Origin: Geosiphon pyriformis uo1
Lineage: Eukaryota; Fungi; Glomeromycota
Length of the DNA stretch: 64,000 nucleotides
NCBI GenBank assembly: GCA_016748015.1
Contig: JAAOMT010000678.1
Coordinates: 166,389 to 230,388 of the forward strand
Reading direction: 5' to 3'
Position numbers and translations under genes: made by a program. The stretch's first letter is position 1, and the number at the start of each line of letters is the position of its first letter. Shown piece after piece: positions 1 to 11,486 of this stretch. The notes beneath the pieces are model-generated. The model saw only the letters and a list, made by a program, of their open reading frames with translations. It was not told the origin of the DNA and made no database searches.

Positions 1-121
1 ACCATACACATAGAGCAAATCTCCTTAATAGCTGAATCTGTACCGTATTTTTATGAAATACCTTTCTCGACAAATAATAGATGTAAATAAAATAAATTTT
101 ATTTTTTAGATCTTTTGGGAT

Positions 122-219
122 ATTGTTGAGATATCTTAACAATGCATATGTCAAAATCTATTATCTGTGATATTCTATCGATTTTTGCATTTTCACATTA
201 TAATTCACTTAACATTGTT
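122..219. promoter_or_regulatory. Candidate HMG-box binding motifs upstream of the CaaX peptide gene
   Basis: Near-palindrome ATTGTT-gagatatctt-AACAAT(G) at 122-144 and CATTGTT at 213-219. AACAAT/ATTGTT is the core bound by SOX/MATA-type HMG boxes. Short AT-rich motifs can occur by chance. Confidence 0.3.
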
Positions 220-256
220 TCGCATACATGTACTAGATGTTAAGATGATTTTTTGC

Positions 257-263
257 TATAAAA
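257..263 (+). promoter_or_regulatory. TATA box
   Basis: TATAAAA ~100 nt upstream of the ATG at 365, followed by an A-rich leader. Confidence 0.5.
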
Positions 264-364
264 CTAGTGGTACTTTTCCAATTTAATTTTTCAATTCAAC
301 CAAACTAATAAAGAGAAAAAAAGCAAAGCAGTAACATTCAAAATAAATCAAATAATTTGAAAAT

Positions 365-496
365 ATGCAACCAACTACCAACAATCAATCCTCCTTTAAT
401 CCTCTCACGATTATCGCTCCTGGTAACGGCTCTATTAAAGGACCTACCGGTGACCCAGACGATGGTAGCGGCACCGGTCAATGTTCAATTATGTAA
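365..496 (+). CDS. Putative a-factor-like lipopeptide pheromone precursor (43 aa, C-terminal CaaX = CSIM)
   Basis: Manual translation MQPTTNNQSSFNPLTIIAPGNGSIKGPTGDPDDGSGTGQCSIM*. Single Cys four residues from the end, no signal peptide, A at -3. GC- and CpG-rich relative to the flanks. TATA upstream, AATAAA at 825-830. Confidence 0.72.
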   Translation: MQPTTNNQSSFNPLTIIAPGNGSIKGPTGDPDDGSGTGQCSIM

Positions 497-3048
497 AGTT
501 GAATATTATTCGCATTAATAACTATCATAATCACCAATTTATAATGAACCGAAATTTATGGCTATTACCTCTGGTTCATACTTTTTTGAGAGGAACTTTC
601 GGATTTTACCCAAATTAATTTAATGCTAAATTTGAACTTTTACATGATTATCTAGTCTTTAATAATGATAAAGTTATTAGACTATTTACAACTAGAGTAC
701 ATCTATATAGATATTATTTTAATCTGGTTTATATATTAGCATTAGGGCAATGTTGTTACTAAATCATTTATTACTGTTATATTCGACTTGCTTTTAAATA
801 ATGACATTAGTTTTATAAATGTTTAATAAAATCTTTCTAGTAATGAACTTCGTGAAGAAAGAAAACCTTAAGAATTATAATATTTTTCCTGACCAACGAG
901 AATTTTTGTTTTGAGCATTGATTGAGTAAAAAATGGTGAAGCAAGATATTCATTATAATTTTTATAATATTTGTTTTTTATCTGTAATTGATTGATTAAT
1001 TCACAAACTGACCAAAAATAATGACATGAGTAGCTTCAACTTTAATTGAAAATTTATTATTTAAAAAGATTCTTTAAATCAAAAGAAATTGGAAGAGACT
1101 CGCTAGAATCTGAATTAAGCCTCAAATTAAAGCACAGAAGTAAATCCTATATTGTTGTTACCGGTAAATCTGACTAGGTTCAAACTATAATGCTATTATT
1201 AAATAAATCTTTTGGACTCTAGTTTTATTATTATTTTAAGTTAGGCTGGCAAGGATTAATTTGCTCTTACAACCTATACGGTGAAGAATTTTTTTTATAT
1301 AAAATATTCTCACTCAAAATTTATGGACTTACTAATATTTCAGAACTTGGACATTAATACACTTCGTGAAAATTACATTCTAAGCTTCTGTATACTAACT
1401 TTCTTTAAGTAAATTTTTTTGTGCATATATCAAAATTTGTAGTGGGTTTCAAATTAGTCATCTCAAAATAGGGATTAATTTCTGTAAGTACCCTTTAACT
1501 AATGTATTTAAATATATATACGATATCTGAAAAAGTATTTGCGAAGTGGTTAAAGATTTTGGTTTTTATATCTATTCCTTTATTCATTAGCAAAACATTT
1601 GTTATACTTTTTTATTGCTAGTAATATAGTAAACAGCATTAATTTAAATGTAGCGCAATACTACAAAGCCATAAAAGAGTTGAATAGAAAAACATATATA
1701 ATTAGTGAATTATGGAACCCATTATTAAGCTTAAGAAATTTGGGTTTAAAGTTTGATATAAAAATTTTAAAAGTTAGTTTTATTTAGATAATATTTATAA
1801 GTATATTTAATAATATAAACAAAATCTAAGTTTTGACCAATTTGTTATGTTATTTTTAATAAAAAATTTAATTTATTACAATATATACTATAAAATTTTA
1901 GTTATTTGGATGTAATATTGACTAAGAAAAAAAAGCATTAATTAATTAATTCTATTTTGGGTTGTGTAAAAATATTTAAAAATTGACATTAATTTTGTCA
2001 AATGTTAATACATTAATCAAAGTTATTAAAAATACACTTTGTTGTAATAATTAATTTCTTAAATATTATAAAGAATAAAATTTTTGAAATTATGCTAAGA
2101 ATTCTATATTTGTTTAACTTTTTGTAAATGATTAGCTATTAGTTTTATTTTAGAATAATTTAATGCAAATTAATATAACTTACTGCAAGCTTTTTACAAA
2201 AAGACAAATCTTGTAAGTAGAATAATAATTTTTTTTATATTGTAAAAAATCTGGTCATGTTGTTTAATAATGTTTTATAAAAACAATTATAAAATTTAAC
2301 AACTTTACTAAAAAAATAATCGATGTTAAACACATAAAAACTGTATATTTGAATGTTTTAGTTTTTGTAACTAATATTCAATATTTTTTTAACATAGTAA
2401 GTTAAGTTTTTACTATAATTTCAAAGCAAGTTTTTGTTTTAGTATTAAGTTCAAAATTTGTTAACAATTTGGTGTTAGATCTCTAATCTTGTCAAATGTT
2501 TTGTAGTAATTCAGTTCTCAAAAAAAGTTGTTGCTTAGCATCCAGTTTTGTCTTTAACTTAAGTTATATTTTTAAGATTTGAACTGCCAAGTTTAATTCT
2601 GGTATGTTATAAAAGCACTTATTGATTTAGGTATTATTTTTTGTTTAATTAATTAAAAAAATAGCTTTCTATATTATTAAAAATTAATAATAAATATTTT
2701 ATTATTTTAGGAAATATTAGTTAAAACCTAATGAATAATTTTTATTATTCCTGGACATTAAAAAAAAATATTTTTAATATATTAAAATCTATATTATGCT
2801 ATTATTCTTGGATTATTTTGGCTGCAACTGCCAAAAGAAGGACTTGTTCAAAGTTATATTGTGTGAAGCCAAACAAACATATTTTTAGAAAAACTGAGCA
2901 TATCTTAGCCGAGATTAGTAAGACCATAAAAAAGTACATCCATTTAGTCACAAATTTTTTTGTATCAAAATCTCAATTTAAATTGATTTTGGACCAGGAA
3001 TTTTCCTTTTTCATGTCACTATTGATTTATTCGAAATTCTCATTCCTC

Positions 3049-4369
3049 ATGTGGACACTCCTAATTTTTTTTTGGACATCTAATGTATTACATTCTTCAA
3101 CGTTCGCAAACTCACTTTTGTCCTATCCGAGATTTCAGCAGGTCCAAATTTTGTCGTCAAATCAGCAAATCAAGGTTCATTTCAAAGTATGAATTTAAAT
3201 TCGTATAATTATAATTGGATTAACGGGAGAAATTCCATAAATTCACGCTCATTCCAGCATCCGCATAAAAAATTAGTGTCTCTTATGTATCTTGAAGAAT
3301 TTATTAAAGAAACTTTAATAATGACTGCTGCATCTAGTGTCGCTTTTTGTAAAAAGACTTCTATATTGAGTGGCCGTCAAATTACAGGTAAGATATATTA
3401 TTGTTAGAAAAATAATAAGAAGAGATATTCATTTCAAAGTGAACATGATCAATTCTATTTAGTTCATCCCTTGGTTCAATCAAATTCACTATATACAATT
3501 TTTGGTTTCTCTGGTAAATCAATTGGTTAAAATTTTATTATAAACAATTTATTTCAAAGATAAGCTTAAAAAAAAAATTTTCACATTCAGAATTGACTAA
3601 ATATTAATGGGAAAATTGAGAACCAAAGTTTTATAACTTTCCAAATAGACAATCTAATACCCAATAAATTAGTTCTTGTGGATGAAGAATGGCAAAATAA
3701 TTTCTTTTCAATAAAAGGCTTTCTTTTTGAGGTTATTGAGAGTTTCCTCAAAGATATAGAACCAATAAAAAAAATTTACAATCTACATTACAGGATGGGG
3801 TGTAGGTAGTGGTATGTTGAAAGTATTTCATTTTTTTAATTTTAAAAAATTCAAGTTTTAAAATACATCTTATGTTTTATAGCACATGCAACTATTGCCG
3901 CCCTTATATAGAAAATCGAAATTTATTTAAAGGATCAAAAAAGCCCTATAAATCGCTTTCAATTTTCTAATTGTTAAGTAAAGGCGATAACACGTTCCAC
4001 ATTTTCTTAATCGTGAAAATGGAACAAATATTTTTAGAACACCACGAATTGGAATTTTGAATTACTTGGTCAGACTGTAACTATTTTGATTATGTAGAAG
4101 TATCCCAGTGTCATGGATTTTATCATGATAACTCTACAGCATCGAAACAAGATAGAATTTTAGATGGAACATTATTTCCGTATGATGGGATTTCCGGAGA
4201 GAATATCGTTGGTAGGAACATTTGAAAAAAAAATTCCATTAATTTTGACCATTAATCTTTATACATATAAACAAAGGGATGCAGCGCTGGGGAATCGATT
4301 GATAATTTACCAGGGAATATCATACATTCTGGTCCATATATTGGAATAATTATGAATGAATGTCATTGA
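3049..4369 (+). pseudogene. Secreted lipase class 3-like pseudogene (multi-exon)
   Basis: Signal-peptide-like MWTLLIFFW... and several GT-AG introns. Elbow-like IYITGWGVGS|AHATIAAL (cf. GHSLGGA) at 3781-3905, then HVPHF, HHELEF*I and C-terminal HSGPYIGIIMNECH*. In-frame stops at 3909 and 4058 plus a frameshift. Confidence 0.6.
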
Positions 4370-4414
4370 CATACTCTGAGTCAAGATTTGCTATTTTTAA
4401 ATTTTTCTGGTCAT

Positions 4415-4415
<1 letters not shown>

Positions 4416-4450
<35 letters not shown>
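4416..4450. repeat. (AAT)n microsatellite
   Basis: About 11 AAT units seen directly. Confidence 0.9.
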
Positions 4451-4687
4451 TTTTTTTTGGTCACAAAAATTAAAATTTTGAAAGCTCTTTAAGTGATATA
4501 CCATTAAAAAAATATTCATTTTAAATCACAAATTTTAAATTTACTTAATATTAAACTAAAAACTAATAAATCTATATATACATAATTTGTAAGTATACAG
4601 AAGTGAATTATTTTAAATTCATTTTTGTGTTTAAAAAGCCAGTATTTCCAAAATATTTTCTTAATTAGTAATTGCTAATTTAAAATA

Positions 4688-6072
4688 CAGTCAGTCTTCC
4701 ATAAAAGAACCCTCGATAAAAGAACAATCTCTTACAAAGAACATTTTTTTATAGAACCAATTGATTAATTAACAATATTCCCTTTATATAAGAATAATCT
4801 ATAAAGGAACAAGAACATAATTTTATTAAACATTTATTCGAAATTTACCTTCATATAAGAACAAATATCACGTGCTAAATGTTAATTGGGAATTGGGAAC
4901 ATATTGAATTGATTTCATCCTAACTTTCTTTTAAATCGATTTACTCTTTTTAATCTTGTCTGTTTTCACGTACAGCCACTTAGCCCTTATTCAGACTTGC
5001 TAAAACCAAATCTAATATTATCGTTATAGGCACATTTTCTAACAGACTTGCTAAATTATCACAATGTCGGAACCTTTATTCAAAAAATAAAAACAAGCAG
5101 CAGTTAATGATGCTCTTCGTAAAGAAATTTGTCGATATTCCAAAAATTACTATGGCACGAAACATGATAATATTGCAGCTTACTTCAATCATAAATATCC
5201 AAAGAGCATGCAAAGTGGTTGAATATTGAAATTAATGAAATCTCTGAAAGATCTATTCGACACAAAAGCATTAAATTTCCATTATTAGACCAAGCTTTAA
5301 GTTATTGGGTAGAACAAGTAACTGCAGCTACTATCGAATTCAATGATCAACTAATTAAAGAGAAAGGAAAAGAATTTGCTAAACTTCTTGGTATGCACAA
5401 AAATGAAATGCAATTCTCAAATGGATGGGTTCAAAAATTCAAAAAACGAAACCAGTTACGTGTTTACCGATTTCATGGTGAAGCAAGAAGTGTATCAACT
5501 GAAAGTTTACCAGAAGAACGAAGAAAATTAACAACCATTATATCCGAATTTGATCCTGCTGACATATATAATGCCGATAAAACAGAATTATTTTTTCGTA
5601 TGGAACCAAATCAAACACTTGCAAAATGTTGAAATGCAGGAAAAAAATTGGTATATTATATTTACTAATTGTTATTGTTATATATTATTGTTATATTAAA
5701 TTAATTGGGTTTTTTATAGGATAAATCTTGGATTACAATTTTTCTTGCTACAAATTCAATTCCAAAGCATGGATGCGCTCAAATATATGGAAAGCATGGC
5801 TCAAATATATAAATAAAGGCTTTCGAATTCAAAATTGACATATATTACTTTTGGTTGATAATGCAACTTCTCATCATACTCAAATCGGGGAAGATTCATT
5901 CCAATTGACCAATATTACTTTGAACTATTTTCCTCCAAATACTATATCACATCTTCAACCAATTGATGCTGGTATTATCAAATCTTTCAAAGGCAAATAT
6001 AAGCACTTATATTGTCAACATATTTTACATCAATTTGAACAAAAAATTAATATTAAACAGTTAAGTAATATA
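4688..6072 (+). mobile_element. pogo/Tigger-like DNA transposon, 5' part (degenerate transposase)
   Basis: TA|CAGT terminus with subterminal ATAAAAGAAC-type repeats. CENP-B HTH (LDQALSYW...FSNGWVQKFKKR) and DDE_1 motifs YNADKT, VDNATSH, PPNTISHLQPIDAGII. Intron ~5651-5719; in-frame stops. Confidence 0.88.
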
Positions 6073-6815
6073 TTTCTTTTAGCATATTTATAAGAATTTT
6101 TTTGATAACTACAGCCTGATCTGAATGCATTTTTTGTCTTTTAAGATTGCTGTTTACAACAATGCCTTTTTCTCTAACCAATACTATAGCCTTTTTTATG
6201 TTCTCCTCAAATATAAATATAGATCTGATAATTTTTTCAAATTTTAAGAGAGTAGTAGCCCTTCCCAAAACCATTAACTATTGAAAAAATTTTCTAATAA
6301 CTTAAGTCTTTGCTGTTGCTGATTTATCTTCCATTGCTGAAAGATTAATGTCCAAAACAAAGAATTTTCTAACAGGTATTTCTATCTGAGTTTTGGTAAG
6401 TTTCAGATCAATCCATTTTCTGTCCAAAGAAATAGAGAAGCAGGAGAAAAGAAAAACCTTATTATTATCCATATTATAATTGAAAGAACCAATTAGGAAA
6501 TCAACAACAGCATTATTATTATTTTATTTGGTTTTAAGAGTATTTATCTTAAAATTAAACTGTTTATCATCTTTATTGCTAGCTCCATAGCTAGCATCAC
6601 CACTCAGAAAAACTATCTTAGGAGCATTTTCATCTATATTCATCTTAGCAAACTGACCAACAATGTATTTTGGTCCACCAAAGCTCAAATCTGCTTTGTT
6701 ACCTAAATGCTTTACTTTGCCAAAGAAAGCTTTTTGCTTCTGGACCAAGGCTTCTACTGACTAAATCTAATGCCAAAACTTTGGCCAACCTTTTTCTAAC
6801 TGTAGAATCACTCAT
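6073..6815 (-). mobile_element. LINE-B ORF1, 5' part (inside the inversion)
   Basis: GRATTLLKFEKIIRSIF...DQAVVIKKIL aligns with intact ORF1 GGASTPSKFLEIIRSSF...NQEVIIKEIP (42707-44626). Confidence 0.8.
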
Positions 6816-7313
6816 AGTGGCAATTAATTTAATTTAAGAGAAAGAACTCGATTTGCAATTCATAGGTAACTGAATTTGTATCAAAGAATTTTTCATGATG
6901 AAATTCTCCAGTGAAAATGAAAATAATATTCTCGAATTTGAACAAAGATACAAATAAAATCATTTCCAAACCATTTTTCTAGAAAACCTTCGAATTTAAT
7001 TTTTTGATTATCACTCGTGAGCTCCTACGAAAAAGTCATAGAATAAAAACTTCAACATTAAACTATATATGTATGTTCGAGTTCTTGTCTTTATTATATC
7101 TAACCATGCTTAATCAGTTAATCAAATCAATGCTACTGGGATGAAAGTCTCCTTTATTTATTCTTTTTTGAAAGGTGACAATTTTTCGTGTGGTTATGAT
7201 ATCATTCAATTCGGTTTTTGATCTTAATGATTGAAATCTTTTAAAATCAATTTTCTCATCAATTTCACCTAAAAAATATATAGTTCACTTTGAAATTGAA
7301 CAGCTTTTGCGCA

Positions 7314-8569
7314 ATGGAGAAGGATAATTTTGAAACGGTAAGAATTAGTGTAATCAATAGCACTTCTTATCTAACTACCAACCTCTATTTCTCATATCAT
7401 CATCATCATCATCAATTTAACTCTCAAGATACAAGCAGAAATAGATTTTCTTCGTGAAGCTCTTGAACAGAAAGCAGTTCAGGCTGATATATTGTTTGGC
7501 GAACTGTTTAATCTTCGAGCTAAGTATGATCAACAATGTCGTGAGATTGCTGTATTACATTTGGATTGTCTCGAATTACGCGAGAAATTACTCCAGCAGC
7601 AGAAGGTATCAAGAGGTTTCATGTTATTCTTATGGGTGTTGAGCAAATTTATTTTAAACGATAAATCTCTGGTAAAACAAATTAAGAAGTCGGATTCTAA
7701 TTTGCTTATCCAAAAACCGGCTATTCTCGAAAGAACTTTGGTAAGGAAGTTTTAGTTTTTTGTGTGGAAAAGTGGCTTATGGGTTCATACTAATACTTAT
7801 TCATAAACTTACAAACATTTTGTTGATTCAATTCAAAGCTCAGCGTTGATAAAAAGGTAGATTTAAATTTCTATTAAAATTATCGATTTTTTCCCAATAT
7901 TCATAATATTTTAATTCATGCGTTGCAGGGGTTTTCACCTCAAAAGATCGTAAGCTTCTGTTTTTACAATATATGATTTATCGGTGAAATTAAGAAGTGA
8001 AATTAAAGGCCTTCAATCAATATGAAAATCTCATCTAAAAGTCACCAAATAGTCGTATAATTCGCCCATGTCTCATAAAACCTCAGATTGGGAGCATGAA
8101 CAAGCCTGATCAAAAAACCATCAAAAGGTATGCAAATGAAGTCTCCGTTTCTTGCGAAAATTGATCCAAACCTCCCAAATTTACTTTTTTAATCCATATT
8201 TTTAGAATAAAACTTTCACCAAGACCTGAAACACACGATTATTTTCGAAAATTTCCTTCAAGCACTTCCAATATACACAGTATCAACGGCTCAAAACCAA
8301 CCATAATCTCCTCAGGTGTATCATTGAATCGTCCAACGGTAAAAGTTCTTCGAGGAAATGCTGCTATTAGCAGCAGCCATATACCTGTATTACCACCAAA
8401 ATTTTTGTCACAAAAAAATAAACTAGTTGAAACTAATGATAACTCATATGATGAAGCCAAAAGTGAAAAGCCATCCTCGAGCTCAACTAGTGCTGATGAG
8501 AATGAGAAGACGTATGTCGCACATTGTTCCAGTCCTGAGGCTCAATTGGATTATGGCGATGATGAGTAA
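7314..8569 (+). CDS. Hypothetical protein (~247 aa), N-terminal coiled coil and S/P/K-rich tail; 7 exons
   Basis: Phase-compatible GT-AG model: 7314-7337, 7429-7605, 7687-7740, 7839-7856, 7929-7949, 8042-8127, 8206-8569. Begins MEKDNFETIQAEIDFLREALEQK and ends AQLDYGDDE*. CpG retained. Intron 7606-7686 is in-frame and uncertain. Confidence 0.65.
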
Positions 8570-9811
8570 AGAAAACAAGGTTGACCAAGTTTCTAGTTCA
8601 AATATTATTAATTTTACTGAATGAACTAATGAAACTGGAATCCATTTTTCCTACGGCGGCTAAAAGCCTCGGATTTTTAACCAATAAAAAAGAGTTTTCA
8701 TGTCATTATTTCTTTCAAAAATTTTTATATTCATATTTCTGCCTTTTGGCATTCAAATTCAGCCTCTTTCAATTATAAAAAATGCCATTGATGATTCAAA
8801 AACATCTTTCAATTCCAAAAAATTATCATATTTAAAAAAGATTCCATTAAATCAACTTTAAAAAATATTAAACTTCTCCGAGAATAAACAAAATAAATTA
8901 GGTTTATTGTATGATATTCTCATTGATAATACCTAATAATAATCTGTCAAATAAATATACGGCACCAATTAATCATATGGATTTACTAATTTCTTTATTC
9001 CGAAAACAGAAAACCATAGAATTTTTAACATTTATAATTATTTTTGCCTTTGGAAGTTCAAATTTATGTTTCCAACTAGCAGTAATTTCAAAGAATATTT
9101 TAATATTTATCTGAAATGAAAACTCTGAATTTCAAGAGTCAAACAAGGAATTAATTGTTATTAATATAATTTTCTTTCTCTCTGTGGATTATCATGTTGT
9201 AAATTTGATCACAACAGAATACGAGATATGATAAATATATCAATTTTAAAATTAATACTTAAAATCAATTCAAAATGATATATTTATTTATTTTTCGAAT
9301 TAATGTAGAGTATATGAAAAACATCACCTTCAGTTATAAATTTCATACCATTGTATTATTGAGGCTCTTAATGAAAGGATTAACATTTATTATTATTATA
9401 AACACCCCAAAATTCAGACCAAGTAAAAAATACATTTTTTTTTTATAAAGCAATCAGCATTATAAAAATCAACATACTAACTAAATGTAATTTCCACTTA
9501 CCATAACCATCACCAATAAATACCGATCTGCAAAATAAAAATCTGGGCCCAGTCATTAATACCATGTCCTGGTAATAAATATTTTGACAATTTTGCGTAC
9601 AATATATCTAGTATTTTCAAATAAATGTTTTTGTATTGCAAGTGTTGGCGATTTTAATTAAGCAATCAAAAAAATATATATTTATCATAATATATTTTTA
9701 CCAGCCAGAAAAACAGCAACAAAATAATAATAATAATAATTATTATTATTATTAAATTATTATGTATTTTTTAAACCATTTATTTTTATTAAAATTAATG
9801 CAAATCATATA

Positions 9812-10550
9812 CAGTTAGACCTCTATAAAAGGATACAGTTGGGACATGCAAATTATGTTCTATTTTAGAGGTGTTTTATTATAGAGTTTTATAATTATTA
9901 TCAATAAACTATATTTATTTATTAAAACAATCAATTATTATTATTATTATTATTATTATTAAAATATTGATTAATTGTTACCTGTTTTTTAGAATTTTTC
10001 TTCATTTTTTCGTATTTATATAATTTTTTTCTAAGTAAATTTTGGTTTTCTATACTAAAATTTTTTTCTGTTAATTGCTCTTCAAATCTAATTACCTTTT
10101 TTAATGCTTTATATGCTTTTGTAATTATAATTATAGCAGATAGAGATTCTAATTCTTTTTCTGAGTCATTAATTGTATTGGTTTCAATTTGAGCATCAGT
10201 TAAAACCATATCTACAATTTTATTATCATCAAAAATATTTTTAGTTGCCAATAATTCATCAACTGCTATAGTATAATCTTCGAGATTTTTGACCAATTGT
10301 TGTGCATTTGATGGTAAATTGTTGAATATATTCATAGCAATTAATGTTTCGGATTTTTGAATTTCTAATTCTTGATTATAGAAAAAAATATTCGTTTTTT
10401 GCCAACAGTTTTGAATTGTAATAAGTGTTATTTGAAACTATAATTGAACAACATAATCAATTGCTTGTTTTATGTTTAATTTATTTTTAAAAAATAAATT
10501 AATATTAGATAAAATTATATAATATATAATAATAACAATACTGTATATAT
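9812..10550 (-). mobile_element. pogo/Tigger-like transposon, 3' part (inverted)
   Basis: Minus-strand LNIKQAIDYVV...ITIQNCWQKTNI plus the C-terminal ORF 9931-10335 (KQVTINQYF). The TA|CAGT terminus at 9812 matches the 4688 terminus at 17 of 23 nt. Confidence 0.8.
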
Positions 10551-11486
10551 TAATTATTGTTGCAGTATCTAAGTTTGGTTAGATAGTTTCAATCCAATTA
10601 TAATTAATTGAGCTGTAACAAAAAACTATGATAAAGTTTGCTGAATTGAGTCAAGCTGATTAGTTAACATTAAAATAGTCATTTCTAATCTGGAAAAATT
10701 CAGTGTGTATAGCCAAAACTATTGAAATTGTAATATTTAGATGTTAAAAAATTGATCCAAAGTGCTTTTATTTATTTTGTTTATGAGAATAACTGCTTAT
10801 AATTTTGGTATTTTGTTGAAAAAAACTGATAAAAAAATTTGTGTCATTAATTGTTTATTTAAAACTGGTAATAAAGTTTGTTATATAGTAGTTGGTTTTG
10901 ATTTAAAGAAAAATTTGAATTCTGTCTTTTACACAAAGTTAATTTTTGGTGATGTAAGACTTTTTTAGACTAGACTGAACTTGGTTTGTTGTAAAAAATA
11001 TGAATATTTTGAACATTTTGCTTTAAAATATAATATATTAAATATATCTATCTCTTAATTTTCAAAGATGTATAAAAAATTTATTTTAAAAATTAATTAC
11101 CTTTAACTGGCCAAATTATATGCTAAGAAAAGTGTTTTTATCTCTTGTTTTACTGTTTTTGATAATAAATTATGGATTTAAGTAGTTTACTAACTTTTAT
11201 TTTTAATAATACTTGCTTAAATTTTGGTTCAAAGTTGTCTCTTTTAAATAATTTATGTTTTAATAAAATTTTTTCTGCTTTATAAGATAATTCATTTATT
11301 AATACTTGGCTGGTCTTTTTAAAGTATTCTTTAGAATTTTTGGTTAATTAAATATTTAATATAATACAAAGACTAAACAATATAAATTTGATGTCTTTAA
11401 TATCTGTTTCTTAATTTTTTTTTAACTATTTTTATATTATTGAGTATAAGTTTAGATTTAAATATGGCTTTAAATAATTTATAAAT
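10551..11486 (+). mobile_element. LINE-B ORF1, middle part (degenerate)
   Basis: IIVAVSKFG, ORF 10762-10968 homologous to the second RRM-like region of ORF1, and a decayed CCHC knuckle. Confidence 0.75.

Noticed and set aside
1-90. Open frame TIHIEQISLIAESVPYFYEIPFSTNNRCK* at the window edge
   Set aside because: Too short and truncated, with no recognisable motif; the Cys is not in a CaaX position.
1599-2960. AT-rich ORFs (1599-1787 and the 5' part of 2731-3192)
   Set aside because: Composition typical of decayed repeat DNA; no identifiable motifs.
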